Below are positions 35,865-49,000 of a stretch of DNA of 64,000 bases, piece after piece. How positions within the stretch are numbered: the first letter of the stretch is position 1; each line of letters starts with the position of its first letter. The stretch is from Blastocladiella emersonii ATCC 22665 (lineage: Eukaryota; Fungi; Blastocladiomycota): positions 806,001 to 870,000 of the forward strand of contig JANHCV010000001.1 in assembly GCA_025594325.1 (NCBI GenBank), read 5' to 3'. The notes below the pieces were generated by a model. That model was not told the DNA's origin. It was given only the letters and a program-made list of their open reading frames with translations, and made no database searches. The position numbers and the translations under genes are program-made.

Positions 35865-36146
35865 ACAACAGGCTGTATGTGGTGGCTAGTACTAGCAACT
35901 GGTCAAAGGAACAAGAGAGAGAGGGGATGCGGAGGCGCGTCGTCCGATGTGAGCGGGCTGACGCATTGCTCGGTGAGGTGAGGCGGTCCGCAGCGATGAC
36001 AAAGGAGATCGGCGCGGTGCGCGCGACGCGCGTGACGCGGGCGGGGTCGCACGCGTCCAGTGACTGTGGCGCAACGCGGTCACGTGTACTTGAACTGCTT
36101 GACGCGGTTGGGCGGTCAAACTGAAGGAGAACTGGAAGAGAATTGT

Positions 36147-36209
36147 ACTTGAACCACCTAGACGCTTCGCGTCTGGTCTTCAATCGAGGGCTAAAGCCCT
36201 CTGCCACGT
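36147..36209 (-). promoter_or_regulatory. Putative Helitron-like 3' terminus (second copy)
   Basis: Minus strand reads GAGGGCTTTAGCCCTCGATTGA-AGACC-AGACGC-GAA-GCGTCT-AGG...TCAAGT, 145 bp after the helicase stop at 36346. Confidence 0.65.
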
Positions 36210-36345
36210 TGGGGCGACGGTGCACGTGGGTTGCCTTGGTCCGCCGCGAAACGTGCAATGACTTTCAAGACGCGTTTCGTGCACTGAAGCCGGTTGAAGC
36301 ATATGGGAAAGCTCTATATAACACTATGAGTTATGAAATGATACA

Positions 36346-38950
36346 CTAGTTTTTGCGCTGCTTCTTGGACTGCTGCTGCTGCTGCTTTCTCATGTCCGCC
36401 GCGCGCTTCTGCTTGCAGTACCTTATGCTAGCCAGCCGCTTGCGCTCCCTCCGCTCGGCATCCTTCTCTCCTGCGATCTTGCGGTGCTCCTTCACTGCTT
36501 GGCAAAACAGCTCAGAGACTCGCGCGTCATGCTGCTCGACAGTTTGGCCATGAACAAACGCCTCGCTGGTCAGCTTGTCAAGCGCTTGTAGCTGCAAGTC
36601 CTTGGCCACTGCGCGCGGATCCGGCACCATGACTTCAAAGACACTTTCCGGGATCGGCTTGAGGATCCACAGGAACGCCCAGTTGCGAAGCCGCAACAGC
36701 GCAACGTACAGCGATGCGCCCTTGATCAAACCCAACGCGCCAGACGGGCACGGGTCCATCAGGATGATGGCGTTCTTGGTCAAACCCTGGACCCCATGCA
36801 CAGTCATCGCGAAGGCGGGAACGATTGGGAACTGCACGATCTGCACCTTCTTGTGGCCTTTGTAGTGCTTGTGCGTCTTGAAGTCCTTGACCATCGTTGC
36901 GCAAATCGCATTCGCCTCGAGGTCCTTGTTGTTGTTGCGCTCGCGCGACGTCAGGCCGTTCTCCTTGTAGAGAAAGCTGTCCGAGTGCATGGCGAGCGGA
37001 ACGTCTGGCCAATCTGCCGGCATACCCGGGAAGCGAGGGCCGGACGGCGCGTCGGCAGGTCGATCCACACGGTGGGCGGCTCGCGCGATGGGTGGAACAT
37101 GTGGTTGGCCGTCTCGGTGAACGTCGTGCCAGGGAACCAGTCGATGTGGTGCACGACGCCGATGGCGCCGTTCGCGCAGCCCTTGGCCACGCACTGGTTG
37201 AGCTTGACGCGCACCTCTATGCCGACGAAGGCCTCGAGAATGGCGAGCAAACCCCCAGTGACCAAGTCGGGCTCCTTGGCGATGCGCCACAGGTCCGTTT
37301 CGCCAATGCCACTCTTGACGGTTACGCCGTTCTGCACCCGCTCGCGCGTGATGTTGGCCTTGATCTGAAACACGACGCGATCTGGGTCCGCTGCGGCGAG
37401 CCGCGTGTACAGCAGGTTGAAGGCGTGGCGCGTCAGGTTGTCGGGCGCGATGACCATGAGTCCGGGCGTTTCAAGGATCTTCTTGATCTCGTTCTTGCCC
37501 TGCTCCATGTTCAGCTGCTGCAGTCGAGCGGTCGTGCGCAAGTCGAGTAGGTTGCGCAGCTCGACGGAGGCCTTTTCGAGGCGGAACGCGTCCAAACATC
37601 TGCCCCAAGTCGGGTCGTCGACGAACCGGTTGCTGTGCACAAGGCGGACGACGCGTTGCGCGCGCCAGTACGCGAGCTGGCCCACGTGCTTCCATTTTGC
37701 GCCCGTTGTATCGTACGCGAGCAGCCGCTCGTAGAACGAGTCCTGCGCGTCGTCAAGCACGTTGGGCAGCTGGAACAGGGGCGTTCCGGTCACAGGAGGA
37801 AGCTGCAAATGATCGCCAGCGAGCATGACAATGCAGCCGCCAAACAGCTCGTCGCACCGACGCAGCGCGCGGAGGCTCGCGTCGATACGTCCGAGCAGCA
37901 CCGCGTTGCACATGGAGAACTCGTCGATGATCACAGCGTGGCGTCCCAGCCACGCGCTAGCAACGGCCGAGTCGGTGCGCATGCGCCCGATGTCAGGGCT
38001 GAGCCTGTCACCCTTGAGCGCGAGCTGGAACGCTGCGTGAATCGTCGCGCCGCCAATGTTGGCCGCCGCGATGCCGGTCATGGCCATGACCATGAGCGAG
38101 GTTTCGCGATTCCAGGACGCGAGAAAGTACCGGATGCCGTCAACGACGCGCAACTTGCCCATGCCGCCCAAGCCGGTGAGGAAGATGGGCGAGCGATCCT
38201 TGCTCATGGGCGGGAGCGATGCAATGGCCGGCGCGTGCAGTTGGCCGCGGCCCGACGCGTGCGCGTCAGTGCTGCAAGACGCGACCGCCTCAGCGACACT
38301 GTTGTCGCCGCCGATGAACGTGGCGATGAGCGGCATGAGGAAGAGGACGAACGCGTGGTGCTGCTCCTTGTTGAGGTTGAACTTGAGCGACACCTGCGCC
38401 AGGGTGGCGTAGGCGGGCGTGTGCTTGGTGCGCTGCTCCTCCTTGGTCCATTTGTCGCCGCGCGTCGAGTAGGCAAAGTTGCTGATCGAGTCCGCGGCCT
38501 TGATGACAAGAAACCAGTTTCGCGCTGCAGGCGATTCCAAGGACCGCGCTGCAAAGGTGGTGCGCCACACGTCAATCGCGAGCGCGGCTGGTGGATCTGC
38601 CACGTCATCAACGACGTTTTCTGGGTCGTCGCCGATCTGCGGTCCAACGGCTTGATCAGCGGAAGCTGCTGCGCCAACGAGCAGCGACTGCCCGCCCTGC
38701 GGTGCGACGGGGGCAGCTGCTGCTGCGGCGGCGGGCGCCGTTGCAGTCGCCGAAGACTTGTGGTGCCGCGCCATGAACTTTTTCAGCGTATTCACCGAGA
38801 CGCGCGTTGGGAGCGTTGGCGTTGGCACCGGCGCGTTGATGTTGAACTGCCGCACAGGAGGCAGCCGCAGGTTGGCGGTCAGGTCTGCAGCAGCACCAGG
38901 GATCAGCGTAGAGTTGCCGCCAATCAGAACCGCCCATGGCAGTGCGCGGT
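36346..38950 (-). pseudogene. Pif1-family helicase of a Helitron-like element, one frameshift, degenerate Walker A
   Basis: LNKEQHHAF, FLTGLGGMGKL, IIDEFSM, GDHLQLPPV, FPIVPAFAMTVHGVQG, YVALLRLR. Confidence 0.9.
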
Positions 38951-39637
38951 ATTGTGGGGGGAAATCCGGTTCCAGCATCGCAAATTTCGCGAATTTTTGT
39001 TGACGGGCGGTACCGGTTTTGAAAAAATTTGGAGCCTTGACGGACGGTTTTTTGGAGGCCCGGTATTTCTCAGCTGTAGCTTTAGCGAAGCTGAGTTTCT
39101 GTGGGAGCAATTGAAACCTATCAGGCACATCAACCTTGCTCTTGTGGTCACATGAGTGGCTCAGTGACCGTTTTCGATTTTCGTCGCGCGACGAGTTCCG
39201 TTGTTTTTCGCTTTCACTTCATTCCGACCCCTGCAACGTAAATCTGGATTGTGCTTTGCCTAGTCCCCAACAGTTCGAGGCTGTTCACTTCGAGGGGAGC
39301 GAGGTCCTGTGCAGCGGTTCCCGTGCGCAGGCGTGACGAGACGGACCTCGCTCGAAACTGACTGTTCAGCATCACGTGACCTGACATCAATCCTGTCTGG
39401 CTGCATTTTCGCGCCCTCGGAAGCTCTCCCACTCCACGCCCGCTCGCTCGCGCTTGCCGCTGCTCTTCAACGCTCTTTGAGACCTCCTGTGCTGACCAGC
39501 TCTTTACCCGCCACTCCTACCCCATGCAGCGCTTAATACTTCGCGATCCGGCGTCTGCCTGGCCGCCATGCGGCCACATATAAAGGCGCGCGGGCCGCCG
39601 CTGACAGTCCTTGCTCTCCTCCACCACTCGCAACACC

Positions 39638-41169
39638 ATGAACTTCTCTCCCACGTTCTCGCTGCGCTGCTTGTCGCGCTTCACGGTTCTCTCCGAGCTT
39701 CCGTCTCCGCCGTCGAGCCCCTTCCTCTTCTTCAACATCAAGATCCCCGTCCGCTACTCGCCTGGTGTTCCCCTCATCAACGCCAACGCCTCAACCGATC
39801 CGCTCGGCCTGCTGCAGGCCACGGCCGTCGCGTACCGTGGCAGCCTGCTCGTCGGCAACTCGTACAAGGCCAACGGCTTCATCAAGATTGACATGTGCCC
39901 GTCCGTGACAGCTCCAACCTTTGACGCCCCCAAGACGCTCGTGTTCTACCCGATCGCTTCCAGCCTGCTTGGTCAACTCGACCCCACCATCCACTACCCC
40001 GACCCCGCAATCATCAGCGGCCTGTTCACCTTCGGTTTGGTCGTCCTCATTGATTCGTTCCCTCACCGCGCTCACACACATCTCCCACTTCTAGGCGGCG
40101 GCAAGACGTTCGCCATGTGCCAACCCACGCTTGAACTGGCCCAGCCCATGACTGTCATGAATGGCACGTCGCAGTTCCTCAACCCAACGCACCGCGGCCA
40201 GCCTGCTCCCCGCGCAACCACGTGGTCCATGAGCTGTGTGATCCTGACCAACCGGTACGTCCTGATCCGCTGTTCGACTCTTCCGCAAATCTTCTCACTC
40301 ACGAATCGATGTGCAGTGTGCATGGCAGTAAGGGCCTGTGGGTGACGGGCAAGACCATGCTTGTCTCTGGCCCGCTGTTCTGCGGCTTTGAGGGTGCGGC
40401 TAACAACGACCACTTCACCATGTCCTCGTCCGTCACCTTCTTCATCACCGAGATGCGGTCGGTCGCCACTGCGACGGCTCTGCCTCCTTCGCAGGGCCCC
40501 AACGGTCCGCCCATGTTCACAGCCGGTCCCTCGTCGCCCGCCAAGATGGTTCCCAGCGCTGCGGCCGCGCCCGCTGCGCTCGTCCCGCTCATGGCCGCGT
40601 GCACCACCCGCTCGCCGACTTCCACCTTGGCGTCCGTCAACGCGCCGTTGGGCGGCACCACGTCGGGCAGCACCACGTCCGGCAGCGCCACGACGCCGTC
40701 GGGACCCGCGGCGTCGGCCGTCGTCCAGGAGCTTGACATCAACCTGCAGGAGTGGGACAACGTCGGCAGCGAGTCTGACATGACCGTGGTTCCCGCGTCG
40801 TCGTCCGCCGTGACCAAGAACAAGAACATCACCAAGATCGTTGTCGACTCGGAGGCCGATGAGGAGGTTGATGCTGACAAGGAGGAGAGCAAGTGCAAGT
40901 TGGGCCCGTCGTTGTCGTCAAGCCGCGCGCGCAAGATGGCCACCAAGGCCAAGGGCTGCGACAAGAACAAGACGGTCAAGACCCCGCCGGCCTCGCCCAC
41001 CAAGCGTACCCGCACGTCAGCCGTCAAGGGCAAGTCCGGCGCTGCCGTCCCTGCCGCCCAAGACAACAACGAGGCCGACGACGACGACTTGGCGACCCCG
41101 CCGGCCTCGCCAACCAAGCGCGCGCGTCGCGGTCCCGCCAAGGGCAAGGGCAAGGACCGCTTGGCCTGA
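39638..41169 (+). CDS. Hypothetical spliced gene with a low-complexity C-terminus (two TPPASPTKR repeats)
   Basis: TATAAA at 39579 and a CACCATG start; a GTACGT...CAG intron near 40255-40316 joins ORFs 39611..40345 and 40222..41169. Confidence 0.65.
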
Positions 41170-42108
41170 TCCTGATCCTGTTCCTTCCTTCGTTTCTTTC
41201 AAAAATACTTCCGCTGTCTGATATATTCCAAACTCTTTTTCTTCCAACTGGTTACTACTCGAATTTGTGAGGTGCTCGTCGACTGGCGAGCTCAAAGAGT
41301 TTACCCCTGAACTCTGAGAACGCGTTTCAAAGACGCGTTGCGTGACGCGTCGCGTCAGCGCTCGCGTTTGTGTTCTCACAATGATGACCCTGAACAAGGT
41401 CATTGCCGACTTCGGCGACCCCAAGCTCCCGCATCGTTTTCCTGCCCAGTACCCGTACATGGTCCTCTCTTGAGCGCGCAGGACCGAGGACATCCTCATC
41501 ATCCGGTTCAACAGTTGGGTTCTCGTGCAGAAGGCATTACAGCACGTGGCGAAGGACATGGAGCGACTGTCCCTGCTGAGCAGGATTGAGAATTGATAAA
41601 CTACTTCACTTTCACCAACTGAAACAGTCTCAAGAAGCCAAGTAAAGCTACAGCTGAGACCCAAGTGTGTGCGCAGCACACACACCTAGTGCTATTCCAT
41701 CATGAAGACATGCGCGTCCAAGCACTTTGGCCGATTCGAATGTAGCGGGCTCCTTTGAACTTCACGCACAGGTTCGTTACCTGCTACGACCGGTTTTGTT
41801 AGGTGAGTTTTGCTTTCCTCAAGGCCACATCCGTATATTTTCGCGGTTTCAGTCCCTTTCAGAGATTTATTCAATGAAAAGCTGCTAATGCAAAGGTATT
41901 CTAACAGGTGCAGGCGGTATAGGCAGTTTGGGTCTTGTAGGGAGCGGTTCTGGTTTTTCAACTTTTCATACGGCCTGCGGGCGGTTTTTTAGGGCCCGGT
42001 GCCGGTTTTTAACTCCTGTTCAAACGTGTTCTGAATCGCGGTATCGGTATCGACAATTTAGAAAGGGAGCGGTTGCGGTATTGAATTATCTGCGGAATTC
42101 AGGCAACC

Positions 42109-42870
42109 CTAGATCAGCGCGTCAATCACGTTCTTGAGGCGCAACTCGAGGGCGCTGGGCATGCCCGTGTCGCTGGCGCTGGCCGTGGCGAGCTGGCTAA
42201 TGAGGTTCTCGAACTCGGGGCTGCACGCAATGTCCTGCGTTGACTGGATGAACATGGTCCACGACGCGTTTGGGTTCTCAATGACGGGCGCCTGGCCGCG
42301 TGAGCTTGACGATTTTCCGTTGCCATTGCGCGACGCGACGTACAGCTCGCCAAGCTCCTCCTGCGTCAACCGTTCCGCGAGCTCGGCGTTCTCGCGATCG
42401 CGACCCTTGCGATACGCGCGCGCGCCGTCGAGGCTGAAGTAGTACTCCTGCGCGTACTTGAAGTGATCGAGCGCGCGGTCGCCAGGCTGGAGCGACTCCT
42501 TGAACGACTTGAACTTGGCGATTGCCGAGCCGTTCTCGTCGAGGATGTCGCTCAGGACGCGGAATCAGCAATGAAGTAGCAGGCCCATGCGCGAGTACTT
42601 TTCCTTGGACCCGGGCACGTTGTCGAACTTGCGCGGGTTGGGCAGGTGCGGGCTGGCGATCTTGGGCACGACCTCAACGACGTTCTTGCACAGCTCGTGC
42701 GTCTTGGCCAGCGGGTGCTCGGGCATGAAGCACAGCCTTGTGCCGGGGAGCATGTCGGCGGCTGAACCAAGGTTCGCTTGTGCGGACACAACGCGCCCGC
42801 CGTTGGCAAGGACCTTGCGCATCTTGGCCGGCATAGCACGGTTTGAGTCGCACAGAACCGGCAAAAGCAA
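42109..42870 (-). pseudogene. Helitron-like RepHel fragment (pre-helicase region)
   Basis: FMPEHPLAKTHEL...VVPKIASPHLP...EKYSRMGLLL matches the F-x3-HP-x2-TH...vP...Y...LLL pattern also seen degenerate at 16450-16980. Confidence 0.65.
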
Positions 42871-43224
42871 CCTGCGTCAACTCGAGGGCCTTTCAGCGCC
42901 ATGCTAAGGCTCATCGACCCACGGGAGAGCGACTGGTGCTTGCGACTTGTAGCAGCGCGCTGACACGCCGCCCTTCGCGCAGACGGCTGCTGACATCTGG
43001 CCTGACCAGCGCGGCGAGCATGGCGCGCTGCACGTACGCTTCGTCGTTATTGAGGCGGTCGCTACTGCTACTTTCTGTGCACCTTATTTATCTGTACGAG
43101 CTGAAAGTACGACAAATCTTGTTCATTCTCTATTTATGTGCGTAGGGAAACTGGACAGCCCGCTCGATCCGTCTGTTTACTTGTATGGGAGGGGATCACG
43201 CGATTACTTTCACTGGGATAAACT

Positions 43225-43365
43225 GGACGGGCCTGTCCGATTTTCCTCGCTGGGCAAGCTGGACGAACTCGTTCGATTCGTTGCGCTCGTAGAAATCGGA
43301 CGAGCTCGTCCGATCTTTCTCGCTGGGAGAACTCGGACAGGCCCGTCCGATTTTTCTCGCTGGGT
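43225..43365. repeat. 36-37-bp tandem array of 4 units, each starting with a GGAC-N6-GTCC palindrome-like site
   Basis: Units start at 43225, 43261, 43298 and 43335 (e.g. GGACGAGCTCGTCCGATCTTTCTCGCTGGG). Confidence 0.8.
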
Positions 43366-43589
43366 CACATCGTGGTCTGTGCCAGGTATGCCATCAAGGT
43401 TGCCATCAAACCAACTTGCTCGCACCGTTCATCGCGGATCACCCTTTGAGCTGAATGTACTCGAGTCGCTGCATGTTTTAATCGCCTTGATCCTTCCCAC
43501 TTGAGTTCTAACTGAGAATCAAGAAGCACACGCGAGAAACGGCCTCAAATTGGACGGTGTTGAGCGATACTCAAAGTACTGGATTTGAC

Positions 43590-43805
43590 TCGCCGTGATA
43601 CCAATACGGAACGCTGGCGGACGCGCTTATGGGAGCGATACTGGTACCAATGGGTGCACGCGGGACGATACCGATACCGCCCGCGAAACGGCCTGGAAAA
43701 CCGATATTTTGCGGGGCGATACCGATACTTGGTCGCCTGAGCGGGCGGCCGCGCTTGCCGATACCAATACCGATCCTTCTTGCGGAAGGCGATACCAATA
43801 CCATG
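43590..43805. repeat. Cluster of CGATACC(G/A)ATAC motifs; an inverted copy lies at 42040-42055
   Basis: At least 5 GATACC(G/A)ATAC copies; GTATCGGTATCG at about 42044. Confidence 0.65.
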
Positions 43806-44104
43806 AGCCTGACTCAACCGCGGCAACTCTATGCGTATTTGGCAGGCCAATGGGACTTGATACGCTCCGCCTCAGCGTCCTTGGCGCCAATGGCCATGTC
43901 AACACCCTTGCCAGCTTCCCCACGCTGGTTCTTGCACTGGCCAACGCGCTGAAGATTATTGCTGTCATTGGCAAAACTAGGGTGTGTGCGTTGCACACTC
44001 TGTCTCAGCAGTAGGCAATTTGGCTGGCTTGGGAAAGACCGGACGTCAAAGTCCGTCCACGTTAGAAGGTGAGGAGCGAATGACGTGTCAAAATCGCTAT
44101 GTAT

Positions 44105-45360
44105 TCAGGAGCCAAGTACTAGGTAGTGGTTGCCTGCGCCAGACGTTGCGGTCAAGCGGCCATCGTGTTTTGCGCGTCGCACCGAGTTCTGCGCCGTGAT
44201 GAGGGCCTGGTCGCTCCAGTCGTTGAGCTGGCCTGGGTGCTGGCCCAGTACGACGTCTGCTCGCCGCGAGCCGAGGTACCTGATCACGCGCTGCGAGACG
44301 ATGCAGTTGCGCAGGTCCTGGAGCACGTTGAGGAAGCTCGCGTCGCCCGACTGCCGCATCTGCTGCACAAGGAAGAAGACCGAGTCAAAGGCGAGCCACT
44401 GATCGCGACCAATGTTGGCGTCAGCTCGAGTTCTGCTGACCGCTGGCCGCTCCTTGCGCTTGGACGCGCGCTTCTTCTGCTGCTGCTGCTGAGGCTCGCC
44501 GTCGACCTGCATCCAGTCGCCATCATGAGCTGCATCCGCCTTGGGTTCGGGTGCGCGTTCGACCAGCTGCTCGGATGGAACCGTGAGCGAGCGGGCCATG
44601 ACGGGCTCAAACTGGAAAAAGTCGCCAAACGCGAGGACGTGCAGGCCGCCAAACGGACGATGGTCGCGGCTCGGGTATAGCGCGTCGAAGCGCAAGTGCA
44701 TTGCGGCGAACAGCTCGGCGCTGACCATGGAGATCTCGTCGAGGAGGACAAACTTGACGGGGCGGAAAGAGGCCTCGAGCTCGGCCTTGGCTTTGTCGCT
44801 CATCGGCTTGGTCGCCAAAATGGCGGTACCAATACCGCACATGGCGTGGATCTTGGAGCCGCCAATTAGCGCCGTGGCGACGCCGGTTGGCACCCAGATC
44901 TTGAGCCATGAGCCGCAGCCCTTGGCGACGAACATGTCGCGGATCGAGTTGATGACGCGACACTTGCCCATGCCCGCCTTGTTGTGGACCAGCATGAGGA
45001 GCTGCTTGACGTCCGCATCGCCGCGCTTGATGGCATTGAGCGTCGACTCGACGTGCTCAACGACGCGGCGCTGCTCAAAATTGAGCCCGTGAAGGTACGG
45101 AGCGAGATGCTCCTGCTGCACAAGCTGCACCTGGACGGCTGGCGGTGCGACACCATTGTCTGCTTGAACGAGTCGAGCGCGAGATGGCTCCGCCGAGCGT
45201 TCTGCGGCAAACTAACGGGAAAGCTTACCAGGCGACGTGTTCACGTAGTCGCGGAAGTTGTTGATTTACCATGGTTGGTTGCTGCCCTGCTGGAGCGTGT
45301 TCTTGAAGAGATCGGGTGTCTGCGACCGCGTCTCGTTGTGGACCGGCATCACCTCGTTGA
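44105..45360 (-). pseudogene. Pif1-family helicase N-terminal half (third, divergent copy), truncated
   Basis: LNFEQRRVV, KAGMGKC, PTGVATALIGG, LLDEISMV, FGGLHVLAFGDFFQFEPV, LVQQMRQSGD. Confidence 0.88.
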
Positions 45361-46039
45361 TCATCGCAAAAAAGGTGGGACGCTCGCGGCGGGATTGGGC
45401 TCCGATTCTGCGCTCAGGGCCAGATCAGAGCGCGATGGCCAGCGGGCGTGAGTGAGCGCAAGTGGTCAGGGCGCGACTGGGCCCGGATCGCGCCCCGACG
45501 GCACGTGCACCGCACTGGGGCCAGATTTGACGCGGATCGCGGCGCGAGAGGGGCGCGAGCGGGTGTGTGAAGGTCTCTGTTGCTCGATCGCTCGCGATAG
45601 CGCTAGGGTCTCACGAGCGGATGCGAGTCATGCTGAATGAATGTATTTGGGTCGTGGCCGTGCTTAAAAAGTCTTGCCGTGATGAAGAGGTTCGCGGCGA
45701 AACAGCCGAGGAAGAGAGAGCGCATGCTTGAGTCTCAATGGCCGCCGACTGTGGCCGTGGCTGCGCACGATGGTCGTGGCCATCGCCAAGCGCGGGCGTG
45801 TGGGCCCAATGGATGATGCAGCAGAAATCACACGCGCTAGCCGTCCGTGTGCTTGCGCGCGAGCGGCCGAGGGACATGGTCAGCGCGACGGGAGTGAGCC
45901 CAAGGCGAGCTGCACGCGGCACAGGCGCAAAGCGAGGATCGAGCCGGCGGCCGCGGTCGTGAGCATGGCGGGCGAGGCGAGAATCCGCCGCAGCAGCAAA
46001 AGAAGTGCGAGGAGCGAGGATAGCCCGATGATGGAGCTT

Positions 46040-49000
46040 GTCGTTGGGCGAGCGGGTCGATATGCGTGCAGTCGGACGACGCGGCGCGGATGCGGTCGCG
46101 CAGGCGGTCCTCGGCGGGATGCGCCAGTGGAAGAAGGCGCGGGCGCAAGTTCACTCGAGCACGGCGCGCACCGCGCCCTTGGCCTTCATGCGCCCGGGCG
46201 TGTCGTGCAGGTCGGTGAATTTGAGCGCGGCCAGGTGGTACACGAGTAGCAGCGACTCCTGGCACGACTGGAGCTGCGCCTGCAGCGCGACGCACATCGC
46301 TGCGGGGTTCTCGTCGTCCAAGTCGTACTTCTCGAGCGCCGCGTCGCCGGCCGCTTTGCTGCTGTCCGCAACAGCGGCGCCAGCATTCGTGGGCGCGAGC
46401 TTGGACTTCCAGTGGCGGCAGGCGTCGTTAAGGCGGTCAACCGTGGCGAGCAGCTGAGGCTTGTGGTGCTTGATCTCGGCCATGCCCCCGGGCTCGAGGA
46501 CGCCGCCGCGGGCAGTCGCGTCCGCGAACATCTCCATGCCGCCGTTCTGGTGGACCGACGGGTCGAGGACGACCCAGGCGCTGCCGCGGAGCTCGCCGTG
46601 CGGGACAATGTAGACGAAGACGGGCCGCGGGTGCGTGCGCAGGGCGTTGACAATGTAGCTGCTGAACTTGAGGATGGCGTCGAGCATGTCGCGCCGGCCG
46701 CCCTAGAGCCCGCGCCAGTTGGCGAAGATGAGCAGCGGGAGACCCTCGCGGCCGAGGTCGCGGACCGCCTGCGCCGTCTTGTACGCGGACGCGGGCGTCC
46801 ACACGCTGGGCGGCTCGACGACCGTCTGCTCGGCCGAGTTGGGGTTCGCCGGGTGCGCGGGGATCACAGTCTCGACAGCACGCGTCTTGACGGCGATCGC
46901 GCCGACGGGGACACCGCCGAGACGGCCGCGGCCGACCACGACCGTCTTGCTCCAGCCGTCCGCGGTCTCCATCCACGAGCCGCGGTGGAAGAACCCGCCA
47001 ACCCACGCGCCCAACTCGTCGCGGTGACCATGCAGCATGTGGCGCGGGTGGTACGGCAACTTGGTCGGCGCGAACCTGATGTCGCGGTCAGCCTCATCAA
47101 ACTGGAACGCGGCCGCGTCGGCGGCGGCGCCGTCTGCGACCGAGGAAGCCGTGGTTGAGAAGGCCGAGGCCGGGTGCGCGGCCGTGACTGTCGCCGGGTT
47201 GCTGATGGGCGCCTGGAGGATCGGGAGCGGCGCGCCGCGGTGGGCGGGGACGCAGCTGAGCCACTGGATGATCTGGGCGACGCCGTGCAGCGGGTCGATG
47301 CACGTGAGGTGCGAGATACCGTTGCGGTGCATGATCTGGACGCCGCCAAGCTGCAGGTTGGACGTGTACACGTCGCGGCCGAGCACCTTGTTGAGCGCCG
47401 CGGCGCCCGTGAGGATGATGAGCTGGCCGCACTGGATTGCGCGCTGGCCGAGGCGCACGAGGTACGCGCCAATGCCGATGGAACGGCACGCGACGAGCGT
47501 GGCGGTGAAGATCTCGTCGTACGCGGCCGACGTCTCGCCAGCGATCAGGCCTGAGCCCATGAGGTTCTCAACGCCGAGCCCGTCCTTGATCCCGATCACG
47601 TCGACGATGCGCATGTGCGTCTCGCCCGTGACCTTGTCGACAACGCGCTCAACCGTGACCAAGTCGCGCAGGCGGTCGTAGTCTTTGGGCGTCAGGTATA
47701 GGTACTTGTACTCGAGGGCCGGGTCGCGCGGGTCAACCCACGCGCGATGCGGTACGCGGCGAGGACCTCGTTGGCGAGCCCAATACGCGCGTCCAAGGAG
47801 GGCGGACACGTAGATGCGCGGGACGCCAAGCTCGGGGGCGAGCTTGGACGCGGCGGCGGACACGTTGTCCTCCTGCGGTCCAACTGAGCTGATGGCGAAG
47901 GTGATATCGTTGGCGATCAGGACCATGGACCAGCCGCGCGGGCACTCAGGCGACTCCATCTCAACGAGCCACGCGACCACGGCGCACATGTTGGGGCCCA
48001 TGGGCCGGGTGACTTTGCGCATGGTGCCGTCCTCGCCGATGGCAAGCTCAACAGCGTCGACGAGGTTGCCGGCGGGCCGCACAAGGTGCGGGTACCGCGC
48101 CCACTGCTGGGCGAGGGCCTTGTGGACAAGGTAGAGGTAGTCGTAGTCGTAGACGTAGGTGGTGCCCATGACGTGCGCGCGGTGCCGCTTGGGCTGCACC
48201 TTCTCCTTGTTTGGGTACGCCCAGTCAGCGGGCGCGAGATGGTGCTCGCCCTTGCCCAACGCAGACTACGTGCCCTTGGTGTGCAGCACGACGCAGCCGC
48301 GGTTGTCCTTGACCTCGTGGTACCACTTGGCCTTGATGACGCCAGACACGTTTGACACAAAGAACCGGTACGTCGTGGTCTTGGCGCTGGCGGTCGGCGG
48401 GTGGCACAGGAACCAGATCTCGGCGCTCGTGATGCGCAGCTTCCACAGCCACTTGCCGTGGCGCATCAAGAGACCCGGCGAACGAGTCCTGCACCTTGTC
48501 AGGCGACACGGGCAGCCCGGGCAGGAAGTTGAGGAACAGGGGGTTGCAATCAGTGTTGGGGAACCGCTCGGCCGCGAGCTTGAGCGCGTTGAGCGTGTCG
48601 GTGGGGATCCCGTCAACCTCAGCCGTCAGGTATTTGACTGTTGACCGCTGGCCAGCGCCGGGCGTGAGGCGGCTGGGGCGCACGAGCGCGCGGACAAAGA
48701 AGCGCGAGTCGAGCGTGTTATCCTTGCCAACGGCGTGGTAGACGTGGATGGTGCGGTTGGTGAGCGTGGCGACGGGCATGAGGTTGAAGCGCGCGGTGCG
48801 GTACAGCTCGAGCTGGAACGCGTGCAACGGCTCGATGATGCGGATCGTCGCGTCCTCGCCAAACGCGAGCCGCTTGCGGAACGTGAAGTACCGCGGGTAC
48901 TGGCCCTTGCGGTACGCGACCATGGTGACGCGGCGGATCCCGCGCAACCGGAGCGCCGCCGTTGATGACGCGAGCAGCGACCCAAACAGTGACAAGAGCG

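Noticed and set aside
41390-41600. hAT transposase fragment (IRFNSW similar to TRWNS)
   Set aside because: A single short motif interrupted by stops, and no matching TIR pair (the lone GGCAACCCTA at about 42102 has no partner).
43225-43365. CRISPR array
   Set aside because: Eukaryotic context, no unique spacers and no cas genes; it is a degenerate tandem repeat.
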